This document shows, in pieces, positions 46,898 to 56,700 of a stretch of DNA of 64,000 nt. The DNA lies in the NCBI GenBank assembly GCA_964398815.1, contig CAYNNZ010000001.1, forward strand, positions 53,071 through 117,070, written 5' to 3'. The notes under the pieces are model-generated. The model had not been told where the DNA came from. It did no database searches and was given only the letters and a program-made list of their open reading frames with translations. The DNA comes from an uncultured Candidatus Saccharibacteria bacterium. GTDB lineage: Bacteria; Patescibacteriota; Minisyncoccia; Phycocordibacterales; Phycocordibacteraceae. How positions within the stretch are numbered: position 1 is the stretch's first letter; each line of letters opens with the position of its first letter. The translations under genes were made by a program, and so were the position numbers.

Positions 46898-47293
46898 GTG
46901 AATATTTCCACCTATACCCGCAAGGACATCGGGGCCCTCGGTGAAAAGGTCGCTGCCGAATATCTACGCCGGCAGGGAATGCGTCTTATCGACCGAAACG
47001 TCGCGCGTAAGACGGGGGAAATCGATATCATCGCTCGCAAAGGAGAGACGCTCCATTTCGTGGAGGTGAAGACAATCCTGTGCGTTCAGTTCCCTGATAA
47101 TGACAGTCGTGAGGACAGATATGACCCAACAGCCAACCTGCACGAGGCTAAAATCCGTCGCGTCGCTCGAACGAGCGAATGGTATGTGGCAAATATCGAC
47201 TGGGAAGGGGAGTGGCAGATAGATGCTGTCCTCGTATGGCTACGGGGGCGCGATGGGCAGGCAAAAGTGAGGTACCTGCCACAAATCGTCTAA
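46898..47293 (+). CDS. yraN: YraN-family (UPF0102) endonuclease-like protein
   Basis: ALGEKVAAEYLRRQGMRLIDRNVARKTGEIDIIARKGETLHFVEVKT matches the YraN/UPF0102 pattern. Confidence 0.6.
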   Translation: MNISTYTRKDIGALGEKVAAEYLRRQGMRLIDRNVARKTGEIDIIARKGETLHFVEVKTILCVQFPDNDSREDRYDPTANLHEAKIRRVARTSEWYVANIDWEGEWQIDAVLVWLRGRDGQAKVRYLPQIV

Positions 47294-47318
47294 AGCTGGT
47301 AGGATGCCAAAACAACCG

Positions 47319-47389
47319 CGGGCTGTCGTATACCGGTAGTACGCTACTTTTGGGAAGTAGATGACGGAGTTCGATTCTCCGCAGCCCGA
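47319..47389 (+). tRNA. putative tRNA-Pro (anticodon UGG), 71 nt, slightly atypical
   Basis: Perfect 7-bp acceptor CGGGCTG/CAGCCCG. Anticodon stem CTACT/AGTAG with loop TTTGGGA. T-arm CGGAG-TTCGATT-CTCCG. Discriminator A, no CCA. The D-arm and variable region are a little short. Confidence 0.5.
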
Positions 47390-47392
47390 CAC

Positions 47393-48181
47393 GTGAATTC
47401 CATGAAAATTTATTCCTGGAACGTATATTGCTACAACCGCGAAGTGCCGAGGGTGGCTGACTACATACGCCACCTCGATTTCGACGTCCTGTGCCTCCAG
47501 GAAGTCACTCCTGAGCTGCTCGAGAAATTGCGAGCGATGCCGTTCCATCTTTCCTATCACATTGATGTCATCCGCCTCTTCTGGCGAGGTCGCACTGAAC
47601 ACAACTACGTGGCGATTCTTTCCAAGGAGGCGCCAGTGAATACGGGCAACCTCCAATTTTTCAACTTTCCGTTTCCGCTTCACACACGCGCATTCATCGC
47701 GTTCATGTCGCTCTTCCGTTGGTCCTTCGTTACCGAACGCGGCGCGCTCTATATCGATGTGCCGTTCAAAGGCGAAACGTTGCGAGTATTCTCTGTGCAC
47801 CTCACGCTTTGGGGTGCGACGAACCGCGCGAAAGAGTTCGAAGCGGTGACTGGACACATAGAGCCGGGGAAGCCGACCGCGGTATGTGGAGATTTCAATG
47901 TCATCGAATACGGACCGATGAAAGTTTTGAATTGGCTCCTCGGTGCACCGCTACGCGAAGGAATGCCCTGGTATCCGGAACGCGATTTATTCGAAGAACG
48001 TTTCTCCAAAGCAGGTCTCGCTAATCCACTCCGCGGTAAAGTGACACATGCGTTCTCACGTTCGCAGCTTGATCACATTCTTCTTTCAAAAGACTTAGTC
48101 GCAACAACTGCGGTGGTGCATAAGGAAACGCACGGTTCAGATCACCAGCCTGTGTCAGTGGAAATCGCTAGAGTCCAATAG
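47393..48181 (+). CDS. endonuclease/exonuclease/phosphatase (EEP) family protein
   Basis: YSWNV...LCLQEV...GDFN...GSDHQPVSVEI are the conserved EEP catalytic motifs. It starts 3 nt after the tRNA-Pro 3' end. Confidence 0.7.
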   Translation: MNSMKIYSWNVYCYNREVPRVADYIRHLDFDVLCLQEVTPELLEKLRAMPFHLSYHIDVIRLFWRGRTEHNYVAILSKEAPVNTGNLQFFNFPFPLHTRAFIAFMSLFRWSFVTERGALYIDVPFKGETLRVFSVHLTLWGATNRAKEFEAVTGHIEPGKPTAVCGDFNVIEYGPMKVLNWLLGAPLREGMPWYPERDLFEERFSKAGLANPLRGKVTHAFSRSQLDHILLSKDLVATTAVVHKETHGSDHQPVSVEIARVQ

Positions 48182-49391
48182 CGTCTGCGATAAATTGCCC
48201 AAGTCGCTCGGCAGTTGCGGAGTAGCTCTCCGCGAGGGCTACAGGCGAAGAATTCCCGAGGTAGCTTCCGAGCGATTCGCCTGTCGCGCTTGTGAACATT
48301 GAGCGGATATATGCGGGGGTGATGCCAAGCACTGAGCGCACGGTGTTCTCACTTGAGGCGTAGCTGCCGACTATTACGCCGACTACTTCGCCATCCATAT
48401 TCGCAATAGCTCCGCCGGACGCACCCGACTGGCCGACGCTTGTCCCGCTTATAGAAATGGTGCTGCCGGACGTGCCATTCAATGAACCAATTTTGGTAAT
48501 GGTGCCAGTCACGACCGTCTGCGGGAGCGCGGTGCGTACCTGCGTCTGCGATAGGGACTCGGCCGGGTAACCACCGAGCGCAACATCCTCTTGCGTGCTA
48601 GGAGAGTCGACCGTGAGCGGCATAGAAGAGAAGGAGGACGGGAGACCGCTTCCGGATACCGTTCCGGTAATCGCTAGAAGTGCGAACTCATTCTTGCCGG
48701 TGCCGGTCGGGTGCGAACTAATAAGTGTCGTTGAATTATCTTTTACCCACTGTTCTGGAATGTAGACCACTTTGAATTTGTATTTCGTCTGCGCCGGGTT
48801 TCCGGTGCGTATGACACAGGACATGACGTCAGAACCGAGGGTCTGTTCGAGCAGCTCGCCCTGAGCGACATGGGCGACGGTAAGTATGATGCCGCGCGAA
48901 TCAATGACCACGCCAGAACCCGAGAGACCTGTTACCTGCGAAGTGTGCGGCGTGCAGAGAATGTTGACGACGGAGCCCTTAAGGCGCGAAAGCACTCCAG
49001 AACTTGCAGGAGCGGCAGGCTCTTCCGGAGTAGTCGTGGTTGTAGCTGCTGGCTGCGGAAGCGGAGTGGGCGCGGGAACGACCGGTTTTGGAAGAACCGG
49101 CACTGGTTTCGTAGGCGTTGTCGGACTCGTCTTAGGTGTTGGCTTCTTTACGGGAGTCGCCTTCGTTGTTGTGGTCGGTTTGTCGAGCAGTTTATTAATA
49201 GTCGAAGTCGAGAACTCAATCGGCTCAGGAGAGAACGCAAATGCAGCGTCTGGTGCTACGGGGGTCAGCTGCGGGCGAATGGGCTCTATGGGCGAAATAT
49301 GGACGACTGCGCCCGTGTTGAAGTAGGAGACGAAGAGTGCAAAGGCGAGCGCGCCGAGAGCGGCGAGAAGATGCTCGATATGCTGTCGCAT
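48168..49391 (-). CDS. membrane-anchored trypsin-like serine protease (S1 family) with a Pro/Thr-rich linker
   Basis: N-terminal TM helix and a PT-rich linker. Catalytic triad context TVAHVA (His), D, and GASGGAI (Ser). Confidence 0.7.
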   Translation of the reverse strand: MRQHIEHLLAALGALAFALFVSYFNTGAVVHISPIEPIRPQLTPVAPDAAFAFSPEPIEFSTSTINKLLDKPTTTTKATPVKKPTPKTSPTTPTKPVPVLPKPVVPAPTPLPQPAATTTTTPEEPAAPASSGVLSRLKGSVVNILCTPHTSQVTGLSGSGVVIDSRGIILTVAHVAQGELLEQTLGSDVMSCVIRTGNPAQTKYKFKVVYIPEQWVKDNSTTLISSHPTGTGKNEFALLAITGTVSGSGLPSSFSSMPLTVDSPSTQEDVALGGYPAESLSQTQVRTALPQTVVTGTITKIGSLNGTSGSTISISGTSVGQSGASGGAIANMDGEVVGVIVGSYASSENTVRSVLGITPAYIRSMFTSATGESLGSYLGNSSPVALAESYSATAERLGQFIADAIGL

Positions 49392-49443
49392 GGCCCTTAT
49401 GCTACTGCACAGGCTGGTCTTATGCTATCCTCGTCAGGTTAAG

Positions 49444-49514
49444 GCGGGATTAGTTTAATGGTAGAACATCAGTTTTCCAAACTGAGAGCAGGAGTCCGAT
49501 TCTCCTATCCCGCA
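49444..49514 (+). tRNA. tRNA-Trp (anticodon CCA)
   Basis: Acceptor GCGGGAT/ATCCCGC, U8 A9. D-arm GTTTAATGGTAGAAC. Anticodon loop TTTCCAA. T-arm AGGAG-TCCGATT-CTCCT. Discriminator A, no encoded CCA. Confidence 0.8.
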
Positions 49515-49646
49515 CATGTAACACGCGAAGCGTGTGTAATGGCTGGGATAGGAGAATCGGAGCTGAGCGCGGGCACCTGCCGAGCACGGCAGGTCGCGCG
49601 AAGGGTGGTCAGGCGGAAGGAGGAGCGACGGCGACGAGTGAGCGCT

Positions 49647-49686
49647 TGACCGATGCGTGCCTGCGTCTTCGCAGGACACTTCTCCT
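49647..49686 (+). repeat. 40-nt dispersed element, copy 2 (downstream of tRNA-Trp)
   Basis: Exact copy of 46696..46735. It lies in the 5' leader of rarA. Confidence 0.85.
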
Positions 49687-49727
49687 CCCTCAATTGCTTT
49701 TCATCTTTCCGGGCGTACCCTTTCCCT

Positions 49728-50894
49728 ATGGAACCCCTTGCTAATCGTATACGCCCGACCTCGCTCGACGATGTCGTGGGGCAGGAGCATCTCGTGGGGA
49801 AGGGGAAACCACTTCGTGTGGCGATAGAGAAGAAGCATCTCTTCTCGTTCATTTTATGGGGGCCACCCGGAACCGGAAAAACGACCATCGCACGCATCTA
49901 TGCCCGTGCGCTCGATGCTGAACTGTTTGAACTTTCGGCAGTTTCAGCCGGCAAAGAAGACATCCGGAGAATAATCGGCGAAGGGAAGAATCAGGTACTC
50001 GAATTCAAGCCGAAGGTGCTCTTCCTCGACGAGATACATCGTTTTAATAAAGCCCAGCAGGATTTCCTCCTGCCGTACGTCGAGAGTGGTCAGCTCACGC
50101 TCATCGGTGCGACTACCGAGAACCCTTCGTTCGAAGTCATTCCCGCTCTTCTATCGCGCTCACGCGTATTCGTGCTCGAGTCGCTCTCGGAAGAAGCATT
50201 AGGTACTATTATCGAGCGTGCGGGCGCGAAACTCAGCGAAGATGCCTTTGAGTGGCTCATGGGCTATGCCAATGGAGACGCGCGTAAGGCGCTCGGGATG
50301 CTCGAAGGCGCCATCGCGCTCTATGGAAAGAAGATTACGGTCGCGAATCTGAATAAAGCGCTTGAGAGCCCGCATCTGCGCTACGACAAGAAGGGTGACG
50401 AGCACTACGACACCATTAGCGCGTTCATAAAGAGCATGCGCGCGAGCCAGCCAGACGCCGCCATGTATTATCTCGCTCGCATGATTGAAGCGGGGGAGGA
50501 CCCACTCTTTATCGCGCGCCGTATGGTTATTTTCGCCTCAGAGGACATAGGACTCGCCCAGCCGACCGCGCTCGTGGTTGCAAACGCCGTATTTCGCGCA
50601 TGCGAGACGATTGGATACCCTGAGTGTTCGCTCAATCTCGCACATGGGGTCGCCTATCTCGCGAATGCTGCGAAGGATAGAAGCGCTAATGATGCACTCG
50701 CTGCTGCACAGGCAGACGTTAAGGCATTTGGGAACCTGAAAGTCCCTATGAATATACGAAATGCGCCAACCAAGCTCATGAAAAACCTCGGCTACGGTAA
50801 GGGATACAAAAAATACGACGACGAAAGCTATCTTCCGGAGAAAATACAGAAGCACTCCTATTTCCCTAAGCGCAAAGGGAAGGCGAAAGAATAA
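49728..50894 (+). CDS. rarA: replication-associated recombination protein RarA/MgsA (AAA+ ATPase)
   Basis: Walker [12 protein letters not shown], Walker [10 protein letters not shown], conserved RarA C-terminal region. The ATG at 49728 ([22 protein letters not shown]) is preferred. The upstream part of the ORF-track frame is the 40-nt repeat. Confidence 0.85.
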   Translation: MEPLANRIRPTSLDDVVGQEHLVGKGKPLRVAIEKKHLFSFILWGPPGTGKTTIARIYARALDAELFELSAVSAGKEDIRRIIGEGKNQVLEFKPKVLFLDEIHRFNKAQQDFLLPYVESGQLTLIGATTENPSFEVIPALLSRSRVFVLESLSEEALGTIIERAGAKLSEDAFEWLMGYANGDARKALGMLEGAIALYGKKITVANLNKALESPHLRYDKKGDEHYDTISAFIKSMRASQPDAAMYYLARMIEAGEDPLFIARRMVIFASEDIGLAQPTALVVANAVFRACETIGYPECSLNLAHGVAYLANAAKDRSANDALAAAQADVKAFGNLKVPMNIRNAPTKLMKNLGYGKGYKKYDDESYLPEKIQKHSYFPKRKGKAKE

Positions 50895-50896
50895 AC

Positions 50897-50925
50897 GAAA
50901 AACCCCGCCTTATGGCGGGGTTTTT
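50897..50925. terminator. bidirectional rho-independent terminator between rarA and hup
   Basis: AAAAACCCCGCC-TTAT-GGCGGGGTTTTT. Confidence 0.6.
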
Positions 50926-50939
50926 CGTAGGAGAGTCGC

Positions 50940-51212
50940 TTACTTAACTGCGTCCTTGAGCGCCTTAGCAGCGCGGAACTTAGGAGTGCGAGTTGCAGCG
51001 ATCTTGATGGTCTCGCCGGTGCGCGGATTGCGGCCGGTGCGAGCCGGGCGAGCCTTCGCCTGGAAGATGCCGAGACCTGCGATGGAGACCTCGTCTCCAC
51101 CCTTGAGGCCAGAAGTGATGCAATCAATGACACACTCAACTGCGCGATCTGCGTCAGCCTTCGTGCCACCGAGCACATCCTGCACCTTCGTTACGATATC
51201 TGCTTTGTTCAT
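50940..51212 (-). CDS. hup: HU family DNA-binding protein
   Basis: [15 protein letters not shown]...[26 protein letters not shown] is the HU/IHF fold signature including the arm. Confidence 0.9.
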   Translation of the reverse strand: [90 protein letters not shown]

Positions 51213-51367
51213 AGTACGTAATTAGGGTTAATCCCCTTCGGGGCTTACTTACAGCCCCGATAGAGGGCTACGGAAAAAGTATAGGAAATGAGCCATATTG
51301 TGCAATAGGCACGAAAATACCTGGGGATAGCGTATTTTCAGGGTTTTTTGGGGACGATACTGAAGAT

Positions 51368-51655
51368 ATGACTGAAGATGTACGCGAGGAACGGCACAAA
51401 AAAGCACTCACCCCCGAAGAGCATAGGGAAATAGAGGTTGCACGAGCCAATGACGAGCTCGATGCAGGTCTTCTGGAGGTGCGGAAGTGGCTCGACCAAG
51501 GGAAAATAGGACTCGCAGAACTCCAGCACTCCATGGTATTCCAAACATTCGAGCGATTCGACGACGAGAAACTGTTTGATGATGTTCTACGCGATGAATA
51601 CCACGCAAAATTACAGGCGTTGTTCGACGAAATAGAGAAAGCGGACGCTGCCTAG
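51368..51655 (+). CDS. hypothetical acidic protein (95 aa)
   Basis: ORF with native codon usage in an otherwise empty gap. No recognisable motif. Confidence 0.35.
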   Translation: MTEDVREERHKKALTPEEHREIEVARANDELDAGLLEVRKWLDQGKIGLAELQHSMVFQTFERFDDEKLFDDVLRDEYHAKLQALFDEIEKADAA

Positions 51656-51806
51656 GCATATACTTACCAGAGCGTAGGAGGTGCGCCATGAACGGAAGGC
51701 TCTTCTGGTGGCTGCCCCAGGTCCTCGACGAGGCTCTGCAGCAGATGTATGCAGCTCAGGTCGAGACGTATGTACGTCTCTTCATAGGCTTTCGCTTTTA
51801 AAGCAA

Positions 51807-51829
51807 ACGCGCCCCGAATGGGGCGCGCC
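51807..51829 (-). terminator. GC hairpin downstream of rny
   Basis: GCGCGCCCC-GAAT-GGGGCGCGC. Confidence 0.45.
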
Positions 51830-51850
51830 AGCTTTCTCTCTATTCTGCTT

Positions 51851-53380
51851 TTATCGCGCGAACTCGACGACACGGTTCTCCCGGATGACATTTACTTTGA
51901 TTTCTCCCGGGTACTTCAGCTCCTGTTGGACTCGTTCAGCGATATCACGCGCGAGTTTATGCATCGCGAGGTCGGAAACCTTGCCTGGATTCACGAAGAT
52001 GCGAATTTCACGGCCTGCCTGTATCGCATAGGTCTTCTCAACGCCTGGGAATGCGCTTGCGAGCCGCTCAAGGTCGCCGAGGCGCTCAAGATAGCGCTCA
52101 ACAGTATCGCGACGCGCTCCCGGGCGGCCTGCGGAGATGGCGTCAGCGACCTGCACGATGATTGATTCCGCTGTTTCATACGGATACTCCTCGTGATGCG
52201 ACTGCATCGCCTGTATGACTGCCTTGCTCACGCCGAATTTTTCAAGGATGCGACGGCCGATTTCTACATGCGTGCCCTGCACCTCATGGTCAACGGCCTT
52301 TCCGATGTCATGGAGAAGCGCTCCTGCGCGCGCAGTGTCGGCGTCTGCACCAAGCTGCTCGGCAAGAATGCCTGCAAGGTGCGCCATTTCAACGGAATGC
52401 TGTAACACGTTCTGCCCGTAACTCGTACGGAAGTAGAGGCGGCCTAAGAGGGTCACCAGGCGCGGGTCGAGTCCGACGACGCCTACTTCATATGCCGCTT
52501 CCTCGCCGCGCTGCTTCACCATTTCGGCGAGGTCCGCACGTGCTTTCTCCACAACCTCTTCAATTTTGGCGGGCTGTATGCGTCCGTCCTCGATAAGACG
52601 CTCGAGCGCCATTTTTGCGACGTGGCGGCGAAGCGGGTCGAATGAAGAGAGCGTAATTTTGTCAGGTGCGTCGTCGATGATGACGTCGACACCCGTTGCG
52701 CGCTCAAATGCCTTGATGTTGCGTCCTTCCTTACCGATTACCTTGCCCTTAATTTCTTCCGAGGGAATGGTTACGGAGAGCGTCATGACTTCAGCATTCA
52801 CTGATGCAGCCATGCGATGAATGGAAGAGAGCAATATGGAACGCGCCTTCTCATCAAGTGCCTCACGGCCGCGCGTCTCCAGCTTCTGGAGGCGAGCAAG
52901 AAGGGCTTCCGACTGACTCTCCTCCAAATCCTTCATGAGTGCGTCGCGTGCTTCTTGTTCGGAAAGTCGTCCGAGACGCACAAGCTCGAGCCTGCGCTCT
53001 TCGCGTAGCTTCTCCGCTTCACGTTTTACGTTCGCTGCTTCGTTCTCTCGATTGCGCACGTCTTCTGCTTCGTCCGAAAGGCTGCGCTCGCGTTCATCGA
53101 GGAATTCCTCGCGCTTGCCGAGACGTTCCACAGCTTTTGCGAGCACTTCTTCGCGTTCGCGGAGTGGTTTTTCGTGTTCTTCCACAACTTTCTCTGCTCG
53201 CGCTTCTGCTTCAGCGATAATCTTGCCTGCGCGCTCCTTTGCCTCAAGCATTTGCTGCTTGATTTCGAGCTCCAAAGAGCCACGCTGGCCGAGCGCGATG
53301 AGAAGACGAAGCACATAGCCGAGCGCGATTCCGGCGAGTCCGGAGAGCGCAAGAAGACTCAGTATTAGTTTTATAGACAT
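51851..53380 (-). CDS. rny: ribonuclease Y
   Basis: N-terminal TM helix, coiled-coil, KH domain (VIGKEGRNIKAFE) and HD domain (HSVEMAHLAGILAEQLG...LLHDIGKA). Confidence 0.9.
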   Translation of the reverse strand: MSIKLILSLLALSGLAGIALGYVLRLLIALGQRGSLELEIKQQMLEAKERAGKIIAEAEARAEKVVEEHEKPLREREEVLAKAVERLGKREEFLDERERSLSDEAEDVRNRENEAANVKREAEKLREERRLELVRLGRLSEQEARDALMKDLEESQSEALLARLQKLETRGREALDEKARSILLSSIHRMAASVNAEVMTLSVTIPSEEIKGKVIGKEGRNIKAFERATGVDVIIDDAPDKITLSSFDPLRRHVAKMALERLIEDGRIQPAKIEEVVEKARADLAEMVKQRGEEAAYEVGVVGLDPRLVTLLGRLYFRTSYGQNVLQHSVEMAHLAGILAEQLGADADTARAGALLHDIGKAVDHEVQGTHVEIGRRILEKFGVSKAVIQAMQSHHEEYPYETAESIIVQVADAISAGRPGARRDTVERYLERLGDLERLASAFPGVEKTYAIQAGREIRIFVNPGKVSDLAMHKLARDIAERVQQELKYPGEIKVNVIRENRVVEFAR

Positions 53381-53498
53381 AAGTTCACATCGCGTATTTC
53401 TCTGTAGAAATACGGGTTAAGTTCGATTTCAAAAGGGGTCCTGAATTCCGAGTGTCGGTCGTCCTGTCGTTGCGGCATGGGCAGGGTATCACGAAACG

Positions 53499-53526
53499 AA
53501 AAAGGCCGCTTTCGCGGCCTTTTTCG
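53499..53526 (-). terminator. rho-independent terminator downstream of clpP
   Basis: AAAAAGGCCGC-TTTC-GCGGCCTTTTTC. Confidence 0.6.
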
Positions 53527-53540
53527 AGAGCAGAGCTGCG

Positions 53541-54152
53541 TTATTTCGTCTTGTAGACCGTGTCCACGACGCCGTATTTCTTGGCTTCGTCCGCAGTCAT
53601 GAAGTAGTCGCGTTCGACATCCTTCTCGATTTTCTCAACGGTCTGTCCCGTCGCCTTTGCAAGAAGCTTGTTGAGGCGCTCGCGCGTCGCGATGATGTGC
53701 TTCGCAGTGATTTCGATGTCAGTTGCCTGACCCTGCGCGCCTCCCCAGGGCTGGTGAATCATCACCTCCGCGTTCGGGAGTGCGAATCGCTTGCCCTTCT
53801 CGCCCCCGGCGAGGATGACTGCTGCAGCGGATGCGGCCATGCCGACGCAGACGGTCGCGACTGCCGGCTTCACATGATTCATGGTGTCGAGGATGGCGAG
53901 GCCTGCAGTGACCGAGCCGCCTGGTGAATTCACATAGAGGTAGATGTCCTTCTTCGGGTCCTCTGCTTCAAGGAAGAGGAGCTGGGCGATGATGAGATTA
54001 GCGGTGTCGTCATCAATGCCGCCTCCGAGGAAGATGATGCGCTCACGCAGCAGGCGCGAGTAGATGTCATAGGCACGCTCGCCGAACTGCGATTTCTCGA
54101 TGACCATCGGGACGAGCATGGATGCGCGGGGAGAAGGGTTGTTCATTTGCAT
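53541..54152 (-). CDS. clpP: ATP-dependent Clp protease proteolytic subunit
   Basis: Catalytic Ser context [11 protein letters not shown], His context MIHQPWGG, and overall ClpP conservation. Confidence 0.9.
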   Translation of the reverse strand: MQMNNPSPRASMLVPMVIEKSQFGERAYDIYSRLLRERIIFLGGGIDDDTANLIIAQLLFLEAEDPKKDIYLYVNSPGGSVTAGLAILDTMNHVKPAVATVCVGMAASAAAVILAGGEKGKRFALPNAEVMIHQPWGGAQGQATDIEITAKHIIATRERLNKLLAKATGQTVEKIEKDVERDYFMTADEAKKYGVVDTVYKTK

Positions 54153-54210
54153 AGTAAAAAGTCGTTAGGTGTGGGCATGGTAACAAAACTAACTGGCGGG
54201 TGCACCTCTG

Positions 54211-54453
54211 CTATTGGCCTGACGGAAGTACCTGCTGCTGGCGCCCTTCAGACAGACGCTGGCCCCATACGTAGAAGGCGCCGATGACGAGCAGCAGTAC
54301 GATGAGAAGAATTGCGAGCACACTTCCCATGGAACCCATCTTCGGACCCTCATCGTGCGGGGTGGGGTCGATGACGGGAACGGGCGCGTCGACACTAGGC
54401 GCGTCTACGGTCACGGGAGGAGTAGAAGAGGGAGTAGTTGATGCAGTTTCCAT
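54211..54453 (-). CDS. hypothetical small protein with a C-terminal TM helix
   Basis: 80 aa. Pro/Thr-rich N-terminus, then TM helix VLAILLIVLLLVIGAFYVW. Coding status uncertain. Confidence 0.3.
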   Translation of the reverse strand: METASTTPSSTPPVTVDAPSVDAPVPVIDPTPHDEGPKMGSMGSVLAILLIVLLLVIGAFYVWGQRLSEGRQQQVLPSGQ

Positions 54454-54500
54454 ACAAGTAGTATAGGTCCGCTTCCGATAGGTGCGAAATGTGGGGAAAA

Positions 54501-54535
54501 GAAAACCGCCCGGAGCAGTTGCTCCGGGCGGTTTT
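54501..54535 (-). terminator. rho-independent terminator downstream of ppa
   Basis: AAAACCGCCCGGAGC-AGTT-GCTCCGGGCGGTTTT. Confidence 0.6.
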
Positions 54536-54543
54536 CAATCTGA

Positions 54544-55062
54544 CTACTTCTTTTCTTTATACAGTGCTACTGCGCGGTCGAATGCTGCTTCGGCTGCTTC
54601 CTTACCCTGCCACTCTTCAACACTTACTTCCTTCTTCTGGATCTGCTTGTAGGTGAGGAAAAAATGCGAGATCTCCTTAAGCGTATGTTTGTTTACATCC
54701 GCGAGGTCTTTAATCTCTGCGAAGCGCGGGTCGTCAGACGGAACCGCAAGCACCTTCTCATCCTTCTCTCCTGAGTCAGTCATTGGAAGGATTGCCACGG
54801 GTCGTACTCGGACCAAGATACCTGGCATGAGCGGCGCAGTAGTGAGCACGACCACATCAAGTGCATCGCCATCGTCCCACAAGGTCTGCGGCACGAAGCC
54901 GTAATCGAACGGATACGCTTGTGCCGTGTGCAAGACTCGGTCGAGCGCAATGAGGCCAGTCTCCTTATCTATCTCGTACTTATTCTGTGAGCCGCGGGGG
55001 ATCTCAATGATGACATTCATTTCATCCTTGCTTCCCGGTGCGATGTCGTGAAGAAGATTCAT
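54544..55062 (-). CDS. ppa: inorganic pyrophosphatase (family I)
   Basis: EIPRGSQNKYEID...DGDALDVVVL conserved PPase active-site residues. Confidence 0.9.
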   Translation of the reverse strand: MNLLHDIAPGSKDEMNVIIEIPRGSQNKYEIDKETGLIALDRVLHTAQAYPFDYGFVPQTLWDDGDALDVVVLTTAPLMPGILVRVRPVAILPMTDSGEKDEKVLAVPSDDPRFAEIKDLADVNKHTLKEISHFFLTYKQIQKKEVSVEEWQGKEAAEAAFDRAVALYKEKK

Positions 55063-55070
55063 ACGAGTGA

Positions 55071-56471
55071 TTATGCGTTATCGGCGACCGTCTCGGAAGT
55101 TTCGTCGCGAGACTCCTGTGCATCAGCGATAGAGGCATTCTCGGAAAGCGTTCTCTCCTGCTCCGCCGAGAGGGTGTTGTCCTGTGCGTCGTCCTCGGTG
55201 ATGACTGACTCGCTTTCAGTCGGGTCAATGCCGATGGCGACTGCCGGGTCCTGATCCTCAGCATCCTCAGCAGCTGCGACGGTTGCGTCGGTGACGCCCT
55301 CAGGCTCGACCTCTGCGGTTGCAGAAGCCTCCGTTCCGCCAGTCGAGTTGATGTCGATGTTCCAGCCAGTGAGTTTCGCTGCGAGGCGAACATTCTGTCC
55401 GCCGCGGCCGATAGCAAGCGACTGCTGATCCTCTGACACGGTGACCGTTGCGCGATGGTCGTCCTCCTTGAGCACGACTTCAAGCACGGTGGCAGGGGAG
55501 AGCGACTCCTTGATGTAGGCAGTCTGGTCCTCGCTCCACTCGATGATGTCGATGCGCTCGCCGCCGAGCTCGCTCATGACGGTGGAGACGCGAACGCCAC
55601 GCTGACCGACGAGCGAACCAACTGGGTCGACATGCGAATCGACAGACGAGATTGCAATCTTCGTGCGGGAGCCAGGCTCGCGCGCAATACCCTTTACCTC
55701 GATGGCACCGGATGCGAGTTCCGGAGCCTCGAGCTCAAAGAGTTTGATGAGGAAGCGCGGATGGCTGCGCGAGAGGCGCAGGTAGACGCCGCGGAATCCC
55801 TCATCTACTGCGTAGAGGTACGCGCGGATGCGCTCGCCTGGGCGATAGCGTTCGCCAGGAATCTGCTCCTCATACGGAATGATGCCGGTTGCACGGCCGA
55901 GGTCTATGAAGATAGCACCGCGCTCCACGCGCTGAACAACGCCGGATACGATTTCGCCCTTCTTGTGGCCGAACTCATCGAGGATGGAGAGCTTCTCTGC
56001 CTCGCGAATCTTCTGGATGACCACCTGCTTTGCAGTCTGTGCTGCGATGCGGCCGAAATCATCCTGTGACTCGAGCGGGAAAATGATTTCGTCGCCGAGC
56101 GCCGCGCCGCGCTTGATGCGCTGAGCATCCTCGAGAAGCATGTGCTTTTCAGCGTCGTAGCGGGGGAGTTCGCCTTCAGCGACTTCCTCCTCACGATCAT
56201 GGTGCGGATGGTGCGCCGGGAGTTCTTCTACTTCCTCGCCTTCCTCGGGGAAACGGACCATCGTGTCGTCCACGACGGTCTTCACCTGCTCAAAGGTAAC
56301 GGTGCCCGTATTCATATCGAGCTTTCCGCGGATTACCTGTCCGCGCTTTCCGTATTCCTTCTTATAAGCGGTAGCCATCGCGCTTTCGATGGCGTCAATC
56401 ATCACTTCCTTGGTGATGCCGCGTTCCTCGAACTCTCCCAGCACCAGATGTATCGTTTTTAGGTCCAACAT
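55071..56471 (-). CDS. nusA: transcription termination/antitermination factor NusA with an acidic C-terminal extension
   Basis: N-terminal NusA domain, S1 and two KH domains (GQNVRLAAKLTGWNIDI). Long acidic tail. Confidence 0.9.
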   Translation of the reverse strand: MLDLKTIHLVLGEFEERGITKEVMIDAIESAMATAYKKEYGKRGQVIRGKLDMNTGTVTFEQVKTVVDDTMVRFPEEGEEVEELPAHHPHHDREEEVAEGELPRYDAEKHMLLEDAQRIKRGAALGDEIIFPLESQDDFGRIAAQTAKQVVIQKIREAEKLSILDEFGHKKGEIVSGVVQRVERGAIFIDLGRATGIIPYEEQIPGERYRPGERIRAYLYAVDEGFRGVYLRLSRSHPRFLIKLFELEAPELASGAIEVKGIAREPGSRTKIAISSVDSHVDPVGSLVGQRGVRVSTVMSELGGERIDIIEWSEDQTAYIKESLSPATVLEVVLKEDDHRATVTVSEDQQSLAIGRGGQNVRLAAKLTGWNIDINSTGGTEASATAEVEPEGVTDATVAAAEDAEDQDPAVAIGIDPTESESVITEDDAQDNTLSAEQERTLSENASIADAQESRDETSETVADNA

Positions 56472-56596
56472 AAGCCCTTTCGTTATTCAGTTGTGCGCCC
56501 TTTTTAAAAAGAAAGGTCCGCGGGTGCGGACATTTCAGATAGGAGAAACATACCATATATAGGTACGTTTGGTCAATGACCGGCAGGGGAGCGTAC

Positions 56597-56624
56597 TTGA
56601 CTATAGTACATAAATATGTATAGT
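56597..56624 (+). promoter_or_regulatory. sigma70-type promoter for the GC-rich islet gene
   Basis: TTGACT, 16-nt spacer, TATAGT, inside an AT-rich stretch. A GGAGG Shine-Dalgarno lies 8 nt before the ATG at 56701. Confidence 0.45.
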
Positions 56625-56700
56625 AATAGGGTCCTGTACTCAACCCGAGGCGAACAGGACTACGGTCCTTTTCTCGTCTCATATTCCTGGAGGATTTTCG

